A stretch of DNA of 64,000 bases, from contig NC_087436.1 of assembly GCF_036321535.1 (NCBI RefSeq), positions 55,740,001-55,804,000 on the forward strand. Reading direction: 5' to 3'. Below the pieces are notes generated by a model. It had not been told where the DNA came from. It saw only the letters and a list, made by a program, of their open reading frames with translations, and did no database searches. The position numbers were made by a program, and so were the translations under genes. Shown one piece after another: positions 1-13,810 of this stretch. The DNA comes from Camelus dromedarius. Lineage: Eukaryota. Every line of letters begins with the position of its first letter. The first letter of the stretch is position 1.

Positions 1-1619
1 GCCAGATATCTGACGTTAACCATTGAGACAAAATCCATTCATATTTACTTTAAAAGGAGAGAAAAAACTTCCTCTCTTCCAGAATGGTGAAATAAATCTG
101 TCCTTTTATTTTGAGTCAGATAACTCAGACTCCATGCTCACAACTGGGTTTAAAGTGTTCTTGGGAGAATGTCATGTACTGATTAGATAAAGCATAGCTT
201 GAGAGCCTAAATCAACTGCTGGGTTAGATATACCACAACCCACTCTTGGAGATGGAGGAGGTGAAGTCACCTTCCCCCAAGTCTTTGGCTTGCTTGGGGA
301 CGTCATGGGACCTGAACAAAATCAGTAAGAAGGGCTTATGATCTGCGGCATCCATGTTATTTATCATCAATATATGGATATATTTGAAAGTGACAAATAT
401 CAAACTAGTCAGAATGCCACTATAACAGACATGAACTGAATTTATCGCATGCAAAGGAGGATACACGATTACCCTATTTTTTGTATGCTGTTAGCAATAA
501 ATATTTTCTACTACAGGGAGTATTATTATCATAGCCATTTTAGTAAGCAAGACACAAAGTTTATAGTTTGGTCAAGTATATTCTCAAAATTACTTAGGAA
601 GTGTTGATCTGGGCTTAAAACTATCCCAAGTATTTCCTATTCACTTTTAGATGACTTGGTTGACCATGGAGAATTTTATTCCCCTTGTTCTCAGAACAGT
701 AGATAAGTGGCACTTTTCATGTGGTAAGTTTCTCAAATGGATGTACTTTATTTTCATTTTCTGTCTTCAATATTTATACAGCTATGCTAGTAAGTATAAT
801 TACTTCCATTATACAATAATTTAATGCACATAGTGATCCTTTCTACCTAAGAGGAGAAGTCTATCTTAGTGGGAGATGAACAAAAACAAACCAAGCTATA
901 GATTGGTGGCACCATCTATACTGCACCAGCCCTCTTCAGCCTATGGCCATATCGGCACTCTGGGCCTCCATGAGCAGATCTAACAGGAACTGACAAGTGT
1001 ATATGCCCTGGAATGACATGCATACAACGTGCTAATAAAGTGATTACCTTAGAAATCCAATTAGAAGTGAAATCACACTCTTCTTTTAATTATTTGCAGG
1101 GGATGGGTCAGCCAAATCTTCTCTCCTATGGGATATAAGAAATTACTTTAAGATCCACAGTGTAAATTTCTAGTTTAATAACCTGTACTGCTTCCTTAGT
1201 GGATGTTAACAAACCAGATTTTAGAGTTTATGTTCAAATACGTACTCTCAAATTTGTGCCTTCAGAACAGCTATTTCCTACAAGATACAATCAGCAAAAT
1301 CCCTATAGTTGAGAGAGATACTAAACATGTCAGGATATTCTACCCTGAGCCAGAAAACTGCTATTTGAAAATACTTTAGGGCTTAACAAGTATTTCTCCA
1401 AATATTGTGGATGTTTCTTAGGTCAGCTCTTTTTTATGAGCCATTGAACACACAACAAATGCAGACACTCCTTCCCACTGTAGTACATGTGATGGATTAT
1501 AAGTGATATATTGCAAAGAAGGCACATCTCGCTTAAAATTCCAAATATACAGCATATTAAATAGGACGAAATAAATCTCTTACTATTGTCAGACCAATTG
1601 CCTACAATATTTAGAACTG

Positions 1620-1725
1620 TTGCCAATCAGTGTTACTTCTCTAGTTATCTCTGGGACCTTGTCTAGAATGATGTGAATTTTTGAGATATTTGTGCACAGC
1701 CAGCATGACACACAGTACATGTGCC
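1620..1725 (+). mobile_element. L2 LINE 3'-end fragment
   Basis: Degenerate L2 3' terminus (...cacagccagcatgacacacagtacatgtgc) running directly into the GGAA repeat. Confidence 0.5.
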
Positions 1726-1861
1726 GAAGGAAGGAAGGAAGGAAGGGGAAGGAGGGAGAGAGGAAGGCAGGAAGAGGGGGAGGGAGGGAGGGAGGAAGGA
1801 CAGAAGGATGCACGGAAGGAAGGAAGGAAGGAAGGAAGGAAGGAAGGAAGGAAGGAAGGAA
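1726..1861 (+). repeat. (GGAA)n / purine-rich microsatellite
   Basis: About 135 bp of GGAA/GGGA units; source of several spurious low-complexity ORFs. Confidence 0.95.
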
Positions 1862-1869
1862 AAGAAAAA

Positions 1870-2640
1870 AGACACAGAAGAATATATGTTGACAAATGGA
1901 AGTCCTACTGCTCATCACCTGTTTGGAGACACCTGGCTTATTCTATCAGCTTCTAATTGGTCTCTGAACATCACTCTCAATTCTCCGCTAATCATTCTTT
2001 CCACGCTACCACTTCTTTGTAAAGCAAAAATTAGATCACAACTCAGTCTTTCTTAAATTCCATGAATGCTCTGCTATTACACATATCACAATGTTTAGGT
2101 CACACGACTGACAAAGGCCCTAGCCTCCTTGTTTTACCTTGTCACCCCCCCCCCGACACCTCCCAAATGGGCCATCTCTCCCTCATTTGCCATGCTCCAC
2201 ATATTTTTGTCTTCAATTTGTCCTTCAATCATTGCCATGCCCATTCCCATCCCAGGCCGTTTGTATTTGGTGATTGCTTTTGTCCCCATTTCTGTTTCCA
2301 GTGCTTAATTCCTAAACCTTCATGCTCTTTATGCTGCCCTCCTGCTCATATACAGGTTTTCAACTTAAATATTATCCTTTCAGAGACTCTACCCCTGAAC
2401 AACCAATACAAGGCAATCAACATTTTCAAAGTTAGTCTCCCAATTACAACTCTATTTTATCTACTTTGCAGCACTTCTCAGTCCCTGAAATTTTCTTATT
2501 TACACTTGTATGTTAGTGTACCCCACTCATGAAATTGTAATTACCCTCATGGTAAGAAACTGTTCACTGTTACATGAGAATATTACCTGGCAGAAAATAA
2601 GGTTTATGAAACACTTTCTGACTGACTATTGATTGACCAC
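1870..2640 (+). mobile_element. L2 LINE fragments
   Basis: Pyrimidine-rich L2 3'-region-like sequence ending cctggcagaaaataagg...ctgactgactattgattga. Confidence 0.55.
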
Positions 2641-3722
2641 CCCAATCCCATTAAGAAATTATAGTTAGTATTTCTGAATACATTCTATTAGTTTTTTTTT
2701 AGACATCTACATGCTTACAGATGGGTTTTGAGAGTTTGCATTCAGTAATATTGTGACGATGTCACTCTATTTAACTGGTACATGATTTGATTATATTATA
2801 CATTATTTAACCATTCTCCTGTTAATGAGCATTTAGGTAGTTTCCAGAATTTTGATACTATAAAGAATTTATGCTACAAATAATATTAATCATCTCCTTT
2901 GTTTCAGTCATTATTCCAAGTATTGAGAACAATCAGTAAATAAACAAAAACATCTTCATGCTTATAATCCCATGAAGAAAAATATATAATAAACATTTTA
3001 CAGTATGTAAAAAGATAAGTGCTATGAGAAAATAAAATGAGGTAAAGAGACAATAAACATTTGAATTTCACAATTAAAAGTCTTGCTTATCCATTTTTAC
3101 CTCTAAATTAATGTCCATTTACAGTAAAAATAATAAATAGAGGAGGCTTCAGTTTTGCAAAATCTTTTTGGGAGAGACCACTATAAAGCTTTGAAATGGC
3201 TGATCACAAATCTGTTTTTTTTTTTTGTTTTGTTTAATTTGATTCTGAATGCTTTTAGGACTTTATTTTTTTCCATTGTTATAACATTTTGTAAGTCTAT
3301 TATAGCCATTTGTCCTTCACTGTTTTTACTTGACTCACACTGAAGACTATTTGTTTTCCTAGCTCTGAGATTTTTTTCTGTCATTCTTTATTTTATTTCT
3401 TTTATTCTCCGTGTTCTGTTCAGTTAGACAACAGCTGAAAATCTTAAACAATATTTGGAATTTTTGGCTGTACTCTCCATGATTTTCATCACTTTGTCCT
3501 TTTAGTCTATGTTCTGGAAAACACTCACAGTTCAATTTTTCAAGTCATTTATTTAATCTTCTGCCATGTAGCCTATATTAAGAGACTTCACCCATGTATG
3601 ATGAGATTATTCTTCATGCAGTTGCTTCTAACTTTCCAAATGAGACTGTAGAATCACTTATTTTGTGTGTGGCATTGGAAACAATTTTTTCATCTATAAA
3701 ATGGGTATAAGAATTATACCTA

Positions 3723-3771
3723 ATTTGACACACATTGTAAAATGATTATAAATCAGTAAAAATGTTAAAAA
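3723..3771 (+). mobile_element. Extremely 5'-truncated young L1 3' end (about 49 bp)
   Basis: ttgacacacattgtaaaatgattataaatcagtaaaaa resembles the L1 3' terminus at 46350. Flanked by an 11-bp TSD AATTATACCTA (3712-3722 and 3772-3782). Inserted in a MIR-like segment. Confidence 0.75.
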
Positions 3772-3911
3772 AATTATACCTATATGATATAGCTGTTACA
3801 CATTAACACTAGCATCCAGTAAATGTTATTTTTTAAAAGAAATCTATAAGTAAGAACCCTTTGAGTGCACCAAAATATAAAATTCCTTCTTAATATAAAA
3901 CAAATCAGGTT

Positions 3912-4045
3912 GGGAGGGAGGGTATAGCTCAGTAGTAGAGTGCGTGCTCAGCATGCAGGAGGTCCTGGGTTCAATTCCTAGGACTTCCACTAAAAAAATA
4001 AATAAGTAAAAATTAATAATAATAAATACCCCCCCACACACAAAA
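3912..4045 (+). mobile_element. tRNA-Ala-derived camelid SINE (Vic-1-like)
   Basis: GGGAGGGTATAGCTCAGTAGTAGAG...GGTCCTGGGTTCAATTCC (A and B boxes), then an AT-rich segment, a C-rich segment and an A tail. Imperfect TSD aaatcaggt/aaatcatgt. Confidence 0.85.
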
Positions 4046-4699
4046 AAATCATGTAGACTTCAGATTTCCTTAATGTAGCAATAAACATTAGAGAACACAT
4101 TGGAGCCACACCTTTAAATCCTTAAAGAAAATGTGATCCAGTGATTTTATTCCCAGCCATTCAAGTATAAAGACAAGGTACAACTTTTTTGACCATATAA
4201 CAACTCAGTCTCCATGAGTCTTCTTGAAGAAACTATTAAGGAATACAGTTTAGTCAACTTTAAGAAATTAATAGTAAAAGTAGCAAAAGACAGTAAATCT
4301 CTAGGACTAAAAGTAGTACAGTTAACGCTATGATTAAAAACCTTGACAATGTAACACTCCTATAACTAACAAAGTTTGAGAAGTCAAAGGTGATAAGAAT
4401 TTTTGCATTAGTGTAGGTATGCCAAACTCCTATTTTACAGGCCAGATTTCAAAAGATATTTATTTAAATATGATTAATCAAATAATAAATAATGTAATAA
4501 TTATAATTAAAACATATAAATAATAAAACAAAGTAAAATAGAAATAAAATATAATCTAATAAAATCAGGAAGTGAAGGGAGAGTAGGGGGAGACCAAAAA
4601 AAAGTAGAATCATAGAGTCAGAATTTACTCATGGTAGAGAAGCAATAAATTCTCAAGACAGAGAGATTTAAACATACACATGCATGTACAGCCTCTGTT

Positions 4700-4958
4700 G
4701 TAGCAAACGGGCCACAGTTCCCAGGTCAGCTAAAGCCCTGTGCACCATACCTAGTGACAGTGTGTTAGTTAAAGGCTGCTGCAATCAGTTCTGTTGAATT
4801 CACTTGGCCAAACCAGATCAATCTGAGGCCAGCCCAGATTTAAACTGTAGGGGAAATGACTCCATATCCTAATGGAAAGACGTCCAAAATCACAACCTAT
4901 GGGATGTGGATATCAAAAAGGGAATAGTTATGGCCATTTTGGCCAAAAATCTATCACA
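4700..4958 (-). mobile_element. MaLR MLT1-family LTR fragment
   Basis: ggccagcccagattt...ggggaaatgactcca...ggccattttg...aatctatcaca is typical reverse-strand MLT1 sequence. Confidence 0.6.
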
Positions 4959-5658
4959 ATTTTCTACATAAACTGTATTTAAGATAAACGTTTACAATAA
5001 CTCAGCTGATAATGGTTTTCTGAGAAGTAAGAGAGAAGAGAGATTCTGCTGTTAGTTTATAAAATGTCCTAGGTATCTTTTGTGTGACTTAGGTTGTGCT
5101 CCTTAATGCATTTTCATTTTTCAGTCCAAAAGTTTTACAATAAATTAATGCTTTCATTATCTTCCTCCTAATGCTGCAGTAATTCTCAATATACCGCTTT
5201 GTGAAATTTAAGTTCCTGATCACAGATTTTAAAGTCTTTACTAATTTGAAATTGACAGTTCATCACTTCCCAATGGTCACTTGACATATTGTCATTTTAC
5301 TACTTTGAAAGTCACAGAAAAACAGAACATATTATTGAAGCACCAATCCAATATGAATGCCAGTCTTCCTCCCTGACATATAATAAAATTCAAGCCTTCA
5401 CTGTTAATACCCTCTTCCAATTAATGTACACACACACATACACACATCTCTCTATATATTTATATTTCATTTTCTATGAGTTTATGAATTTTAATTACTT
5501 ATACTTGAATTTTAGTTTTTTATTCCATTTGATTTCTGATTATTCGAGGGGTGAGGCTGTTTTAACTCTCTAAATGGACCCAAATGGACTTTGAATAAAA
5601 GTCTCCTAATAAATGTAGATTGATTTAAGATTATACTACATCTCTTACAATTAAGATG

Positions 5659-5830
5659 ACAAGGTCCTACTGTATAGCACAGGGAACTATATTCAATATC
5701 TTGTAACAGCCTATAATAAAAAGAAAATGAAGAGGAATATATATACATTTGTATAACTGAATCACTATCCTGTACACCAGAAATTAACACAACATTGTAA
5801 ACCGACTATACTTCAACTAAAAAGTAAAAA
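5659..5830 (+). mobile_element. Laurasiatherian/artiodactyl L1 3' UTR end
   Basis: acaaggtcctactgtatagcacagggaactatattcaatatc...gtataactgaatcact...acattgtaaaccgactatacttcaa followed by an A-rich tail. Confidence 0.85.
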
Positions 5831-6122
5831 TATGACAAAATTGAAGCACTGGAAAAAATGGACAAATTACTAAAAATATGACTACTACTGGGTTTAGCAC
5901 TCTGTCATTATTCAATAGACTATAACTTGAGACAATTCCACTATTTAAATATATCAAGTTGATTTTTGTCCTTTGGATTCATGGAGAATTTTAGAATACA
6001 TAACAAAATAATTAAAAAATTTTTATCATCATCCCTGACAGGAAGACTAAGATTTTTTTCCTATCAGAATCTTCTTGAGTGATGTGAATACACCTGGAAA
6101 AGACCTTATTGATCATCTACTC

Positions 6123-6332
6123 CAGAACTGACAAACGTTTTCTTAAAGGTGCAGGCAGCAAATATTTATGCATGCAGGCTATATGATCTCTGTCACAGCT
6201 ACTCAAATCTGATGATGCAGTGTAAATGAAGTTGTAGACCATGCATAAATGAATGAGCATGGATGTATTTCAATAAAACTTTATTTACCAAAACAGATGG
6301 CTGGTCAAAAGGCCTTAGTTTGCTAACCTATG
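6123..6332. mobile_element. MER58A-like hAT-Charlie MITE
   Basis: tctctgtcacagctactcaa...caataaaactttatttaccaaaacag...tagtttgctaaccta, with degenerate terminal inverted repeats. Confidence 0.8.
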
Positions 6333-8069
6333 ACCTAGTCCAACATTTTCACTTTTCAAATATGGAAAATGTGTCATACAAAAGTGAAATGAATTCCCTA
6401 AAGTCACACAGTATTTATTTAAAAACTAGAAAAAGAATACAGCTCTTTTGTATCCCTACCCAAGACAATTTTCAAAATGAAATGCCAAAATGTATAGGTT
6501 AAAAAAATGTACGTGGTGTAAATACATATGAAAGCAAGTGAGTATGTGTGGTAGTGAGTAGTACTAGTAGAAGTGGTTAGCAGGTAACATCTAGCACAAA
6601 CAGACCATAGAAATATAATATAAAAGTAGAGTAACCATGCAAGCTAAGAACGCATCGTCCTTGGGTGGCAGCTCTTTTGGAGAAATATTGTAACTTGTCT
6701 CCTGAGATTAATACAGGTACTAACTTTTTAATGTTGGCTTAATTGATATTATTTTGGGAAATAATAATTTGTTCAGCACAGTAGACTGAGAGTGAATGGC
6801 TCCTCCAGGGCTTCCATAGCTGCCAAAAGAGTAATCCTGAGCACTTGGAGAAGTGAATTAGATTTTCTCAGAATAAATGTTCAAATTAAAATCCTCTCAG
6901 CTCTAGATACCATAAAGAAAAAAAAAAAAAAAAAAGACAAAATCCACTTGACAGAGTAGTACATTAGAGTCAATGATGAAGAGATTTTGGATCAAATACC
7001 TACTGCTGGTAAATCAAAGGTGATGCTAATAATTTCAAATTGGTGCATAATATATAATGTGATTGTTTCAGATCCATATAATTTGATCAAATTTTTATCT
7101 GAGCAATTTATATTTCAGTTATTCAGTGAATGTGTTTATGCACAGAAATATTTATTCGTAGTAGTTCCCACTTTTCTCCATAATTTTCTAGTGGAAACCA
7201 TGCCATATAAATGAAACTGATTTCCCATGAAAAAGTTATAATTAGGTATTGCCTTCCTAACCAACATCTTGGCAACAAATAAATCATATATATGACCAGC
7301 AATGTCATAAAGCCTTAATAATTTACTGAGTAAAATTATGCAGCAAATATTGTAAAATGGACACAGGTTCAATGTGCACATGTTGCTCAATGTTTTCTAA
7401 TTTAAAGTTTGGATAACAGCCCATAAATACACAACTTGGCTACACTAGACAGGTAACCCCAAACCCTTATGCTTCTTATAAATAACATTAAACATTTAAT
7501 TAACAATTTTATTTGTCCTCATAGAACTTAGAAAAACTTTGCTGGAAAATTACTTGTTAGAGGTATATCTCTTCATATGGTATTTTCTTTGCTCTCAATC
7601 TATATCTAACTGTTAAAGGAAATATTTACAATATTTTCAACAATTTCAGGGCTTCTATCATTGTTCTTGGCAAACATCATATTTCTCCACCAAAATATGT
7701 TTTTAAATATAAGCGCTAATTTAATTTATATCCTTCTTATCCTTTCCTACCTTTTCAGTTTATGCAAAGCTGCTCAATCTCATTCTAACAGAAGGCCCCA
7801 GTGAACAGTAAGTGCTGCACAGCTTTGGTTGGTTGAGCTATCAGGAGCCTTCACTTAAGCTACAAAGCAAAGATCAGGTCATCATCAAGGGATTTTAAAA
7901 CCTGAAATAAATCTTAGAGAATTGCTAATAGGGGAATAATATTATATTGTTATAGAACTGCAGCACTGCTTTAAAATTTGGTATTAGAGAAAATGATAAA
8001 TGAAAAATTCAAATATATTTGAGGGACGGATCTTAGGCATTAAGCGTACTCATTGCATAGCTATTAAAA

Positions 8070-11000
8070 CCAAATTGTGAAAAGCAAATCGAATGGGATT
8101 TCTGGTCCACACAATAGTGTACAGGGCCACTTCTCCTAGCTCTTCCCTGCTAAGCACAGCTTTAAATTCTGGAAATAATGCGACTGACCACCAAAGGACA
8201 ATTCTGAAAGGTGATCAAAAGGCAAACTGGTTTTGGACCTCAAAATTGGAGGAAAAACACAGCAGCAGGATATTTTATGCCCCTCCCGCCTAGTAGAAGA
8301 AGGCCCCCCCAGGCCTCGCATTTGCCAATCCCAACCTAGCAATGGAAAGCAGCCCAGATAAATTCAATTTTCTTCTAAGATCAAATGGGAATCCCTCTGA
8401 CAGTATTAGGCAAGCCTGATACCACAGAAAGGGGATCAGTAAGTATCCTTACCAACAAAAAGTATCCGGGGAAGCACTCTTCTTCTCCACCAGACTAAGA
8501 TTCTCCTCTTCCTCTAAGAGCGCTAGGGATGGTGAGCAGGATCAGCAGGAGGGACTCAGTCACAAGTGGCCTGGCCTGGGAAGCATCTTTGATCCTAAGA
8601 CACTCCTTTTCTGCCCAGAAGCACTGAATGGTCAAGAGAAACCAGCAGAACCCGCAAGAGGGACTGAGCCACAGCAAGTAGTCCTTCCAGATAGGCGTCT
8701 TTTACCAGACTGCCACTGCCTCTCGACTCCAGGAGAAATTGGGGCAGGTGGCGGAAAAGAGGCAGTAAGGGCTGCTATGGACTAAATGTTTGTGTTCCCC
8801 TCAAAATTCTTTGTTGAATTCCTAATTCCCAATGTTATGATATTTGGAGGTGGGACCTTTGGGAGGTCATTAGATTAAATAAGGTCATGAAAGCGGAGCC
8901 CCCATGATGGGATCTATGTCCATACAAGGAGATGAAGGGACCAGAGCTCTCTCTTCCCTGTGATGATAAAGCAAGAAAGTGGCCGTCTGTAAACCAGGAA
9001 GAGGACTCTCACCAAGAATCCAGCCATGCTGGCACTGACTGTGGGATTTCTAGCCTCTAGAACTGTGAGAAATAAATGTTTGATGTTTAAGTCACAAAGT
9101 TTATGGTATTTTATTATAGCAGCCGAAACTGAATAAAACAAAGGACCCAACCACAGTAATCATGCAGGTCCTGAAAACCCCTCCTTGTCTGGAGGCACTG
9201 GGGCTGGTGGTAGAATCAGCAAGATGCACCCAGTAACAAGTTGCCAGACCTAGGAGGTCTCTTATACACTGTAGGCCTATAAAGCCCCTTCTTTTCTGAG
9301 AAAAACTGGGAAGCCAGGAGGCATGAATAGGTAGATCTCACACCATCCATCTAAACCTTGAAGACACCCAGCAACTGGGATGAGGATCCCATTGTACTCC
9401 CTCAGGCAGCACCAGCAGAGACAAGTGGGAATGCCAGGAGCACAAATAAACCAAGCTGACCAAAATACCACCATAAAGTCTCTGAAATTTAAACTGACAT
9501 TGGAACTACAGCTCAAAAAGGTAAGCCAAAACTTAAAACAGGGTGACTATCTGTTTAAAAATTTAAATATTAAATAGAACCTAGAGTTTCCTAACTTAAT
9601 AGGCAAATTCTTTAGGATAAAAAAAAATCACTTGTTATACCAAGAAACAAGACAATCATAAGTTGAATGAGAAAGACAATCATCTGATGTAAACATTAGA
9701 ATGAGTCAGATGTTGGGATTATCTGATAAGGACTTTCAGTCAGCCATGGTTAACCATGCTTCAATATTCAATGCCAAATTATTTTGAAACAAATGACAGA
9801 TAGAATATAAGAGCAAAAAAGATAACTTATAAAATAGAACCAAGTAGAGATTATAGCGTTACAAAAATCATATTTAAAAAAACCTTCACTGGAAGGGCAC
9901 AACAGTAGAGTGGTGATTAGAGAGATTAGAAACAGTGAATTGAAGACAAATCATAGAATTCACCCAATCTGAACAAGAAAGAAAAAAAGTAGACTGAAAA
10001 TGTGTAGCAGAGCTTCACAGACCTAAGGGAAAATAACAAAAGTTCCAATATTCATATCATCAGAGTCCCAGGAGGAGAAGAGAAACAGAGTACATCTAAA
10101 TGAGTATTTGTAAAAGTAACGACTAAAAACTTCCCAAATCTGGCAAAAAATGCAAACCCACAGATCCAAGAAGCTGAGCAAACTCCAACAGAATAAACCC
10201 AAAGAAATTCATGCCAAGATATATCTTAATTAAACTTAAAAAAATAAAGACAAAAATACTGAAAGCAATCAGAAAGACAAGAAATATTAACCATACAGTA
10301 ATACCAATTCAGATGTAAATTTCTCACCTGAAACTTTGCAGGCCAAAAGAAAATGACACAACATTTTTTTAAGTACTGAAAGATAAAAGCTATGAGCCAC
10401 AGATTCTGTATATGGCAAGATTATCCTGCAGGAACAAAGAAAAAAACAGACAATCTTACACAAAAGAAAACTAAAATAATTTATTACTAGCAAACCTACC
10501 CTTAAAGGTTGGCCAAAGGAAGTTCTTCAAGGAAAAACAAAATGACAAGAGAAATAATTCTGAAACGTTAAGAAGGAAGAATGATCAATGCAAAGAGCAG
10601 GAAGATGCATAATACAATAGACAATCTTTTCCTCCTAAGTTTCATAAATTGTATTTGATAATTGAAATAAAATTATAATATCATCTGATACTATTCAAGA
10701 TATTAATATTTAAAACTGGGAAAATAAAGACACAAGTGGAATAAAGGCTTCCACTAGAAGTGGCTAAACATTTATACCAGTAGACTGTGATAAGTTGTGG
10801 TGTGTGTATGTGTGTGTGTGTAGTGATGCCCAGGGCAACCCCAATGAAATTTTATGAAGAGATACACTTAAAAACACTATAGATAAAGCAAGAGTGTATC
10901 TTTAAAAATGTTCTAGTAACCAATGGGAAGGCAAGAAAGGAGATGTAAAGGCAAATGAATGAGAACCAAAGGGAATACGCAGGAAACAAGTAATAAAATA

Positions 11001-12330
11001 GCAGCTGTAAGTACCAACATATCAATAATTACAAGTAAATTGTTAAAGACGCACCAGTCTAAACACAGAGATCAGCAGAGTGGATAAAGCAGCATAGTTC
11101 AACTTTATGCTGCTTATAAAAACCCTTCAAATTCAACATAGGTAAATAGAAAGCAAGAGGATGGAAAAAGATATATAAAATAAACATTAATCAACAAAGG
11201 GTAGAAGTGACTATAATATAAGCATTAATCAACAAAAGGTAGACAGTATTAATATCTGATAAAGTAAACTTTAGAGTAAAGAGAATTACTGGAGACAAAT
11301 ACAGGCTAATATATATTGAAACATAAAATAATAATATATTGAAAAAATACCAATCTGCTGAAAGCATCAAACAAAATAGCCTGAAAATACATAAAGCAAA
11401 AACTGATAGAGCTGAAAGGAGAAATAAATTAATCCATTTCAGGAATTTCCACACCTTTCTCTCAGAAACTGATAAAATTACTAGACAGAAGATTAGTAAA
11501 GAAAAAAGAAGATCCATAATCAATCAACAGGATCTAATTCACATATATAGAGCCATCTATTTAATAATAATACAATACACTTTTTTCATGCATCCATGAA
11601 ACACTCACCAAGACACACCATATCCTAAGCATTAAAACAAACCTCAGCAAATTTAAAGGAATTCTAATCATATAGAATATGACCATGGTGGAATAAAATT
11701 AGAAATAAATAACACGAAGAAAACAGGTAAATCTCTAGACACATGGATATTAAACAATAGAAATCACTTCTAAATAATCCATGGGTCAAAGAGGAGGTCA
11801 CAAAGGAAGTTAAAAATGCATACAGTAAAATGAAAACAAAATACAACTTAATAAATTATATTAGATCTAGCTAAAGCAGTACTGAGAGGGAAATTTACAG
11901 CACAATACACTTACACGAGAAACTTTTAAAGATCCCAAATCAACAACCTATGTTTCTACCTCAGGAAACCAGAAAAAGAAAGAGCAAAATAAACCCAAGG
12001 CAAGTAGAAGGGAACGAACAAACAAACAAAAAAACAAGATCAGAAGTTAGTGAAACTGAAAATAAGAAAACAGTAAAAAAAAAAAAAAAAAAAGTCACTA
12101 GGTGGGGAACCGGAGGGAGAAGCTGCTCTCTCTCTCTTTTTTAATCAATAAAATTGATAAAACTCTAACAACACAGACAAATATAAAAAGAGAGAAGACA
12201 CAAATCACCAAAATCAGGAGTGAAGTAGGGGATTATCACTGGATATCTTGCAGTCATTAAAGTGATAATAAGGTAGTACTACAAATGATTTTTGCTCATG
12301 ATTTTGATAACCTAGAAGTGGACCTATTAT
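8070..12330 (+). mobile_element. Old L1 (L1M-type): 5' region, ORF1 remnant and ORF2 endonuclease remnant, interrupted by MLT1A
   Basis: ORF1-like gagtcccaggaggagaagag...aaaaacttcccaaatctggc...cagatccaagaagctgagcaaactcc at about 10060-10220. ORF2-like sequence at about 11020-12330. Heavily frameshifted. Confidence 0.8.
8773..9140 (+). mobile_element. MaLR MLT1A-type solo LTR
   Basis: Begins TGCTATGGACTAAATGTTTGTG; contains ggtgggacctttgggagg and aactgtgagaaataaatg; ends atagcagcc...AAAACA. Nested in the older L1. Confidence 0.85.
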
Positions 12331-12399
12331 GATTATTGCGACTACAGATACCATCCAAACTTTTGTGAAATTTTGATCAGTAAACTTTGTAGACATCCG

Positions 12400-13095
12400 T
12401 CAAGTCCCTTTGCTTCTCCTCATCCCTTCCGGCATTATTTTGGTCTACCTGTCCAGGCTGTACTACCTGCTTTACTACAATAATCTTCTACATTGTTCCT
12501 TTGCCTTTAGGCTTGACCTCCTTCCCTCAGTTCCCTCTGCCCCCAAATTACACTTCCTAAACAAGTAGCTATCATCCCTTATCTTACTTGATATCCTTCA
12601 GTGGCTTCCTTTCTCTCTTAGGATAAAAATCAAATTTTTTCAAAATTTTATAAAAAGTCACTCATGATCTTGCCTTTGCTTACTTTTGCACCCTCATTTC
12701 TTGCTACTTTCTTATAAAAAACAAAACTACTTTATTTAAGTTTCTTGAACACACCATATTCACTCTTCTTTAGAGATTTTTGCACATTCTGTTTCTTCTG
12801 TGTGGAATAATTCTCTCCTCATATTTTTCTTGGTTAGCTCCTATTCAACACTTAGGTCTTTGTTTAAACATTATTTCTTCAATACCAACCATGGGCCCCC
12901 ACTGCAACATGTACTCCTTCCATTTGGGTACATATTACATGGTAGGGCAATTGCCTGTTTTCAGGTCTGTCTCTGCCACTAAACTGGAAGTTCTATGAAG
13001 GCAGGGCTCCTATTTACCTTCTACATTTTTTTAATCCCAGCTCTTAGTGCAATAACTGGCATAGGATGTGTTCAGTGTGAACTGACTGATTGAAT
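12400..13095 (+). mobile_element. L2 LINE 3' fragment
   Basis: ccttcagtggcttcc...cttaggataaaaatcaaa...ctgccactaaactggaagttctatgaaggcaggg...ctgattgaatg. Confidence 0.7.
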
Positions 13096-13316
13096 GGACA
13101 CTCACACAATAAGGAAAGAAACTCATTTAAAGCTGTAATAAATATGAAGTATAACAAATAAAAAAAAGCAATACTTTAGTTATGACAAGTATGTTTATAT
13201 AATGTACTCTTCTAGGTAAGAAGTGGCTCATGCTGAATAATGAAAGGAAAAGAAATAGATAAATCAATTTTTTAGAAAACTAACAATTTATTGAAGGAAT
13301 GCTATAATTTGAGGGG

Positions 13317-13810
13317 CATATTAGTCAGAATTTTCCAGAGAAACAGAACTATTAGTATATATATAGATATATGTAAGAGGAGACTTACAAGAAGTCCCAT
13401 GATCTGTCATTCATGAGTTGGAGAACCAGGAAAGCTGGTTCACTAATTCAGTCCAAGTACAAAGGCCTGAGAACTAGGGGAGCCGAGGGTGTATGTCTTA
13501 GTCTAAGTCAAAAGGCCTGAAAACCAGGAGCAGAGATGTCCAAAGGCAAGATGAGATGGATGTCCCAGCTCAAGCAAAGAGAAAAAAAATTCCCCATTCT
13601 CTGCCTTTTTATTCTACTTGAGCCCTCAATAGATTGGATAATGCCCACCTGCATTGGATAATGCCCACCTGCAATGGTAATCTCATTCTACTGATTCAAA
13701 TGCTAATCTCTTTTGGGTACACCGTAACAGACACAACCAGGAATAATGTTTTAACAGCTATCTGGACATTCTTTCTCCTAATCAAGTTGATACATACAAT
13801 TAACAATTGT
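13317..13810 (-). mobile_element. ERVL MLT2-type solo LTR
   Basis: tattagtcag..ttttccagagaaacagaac...ggagaaccaggaaagctgg...aatgctaatctc...caagttgatacatacaattaac. Confidence 0.85.

Noticed and set aside
897..920. Imperfect palindrome TATAGATTGGTG-G-CACCATCTATA
   Set aside because: Short and isolated, with no supporting context; compatible with chance or a MITE remnant.
1589..2056. Cluster of ORFs with LPSF/EGRK repeats
   Set aside because: Translations of the GGAA microsatellite.
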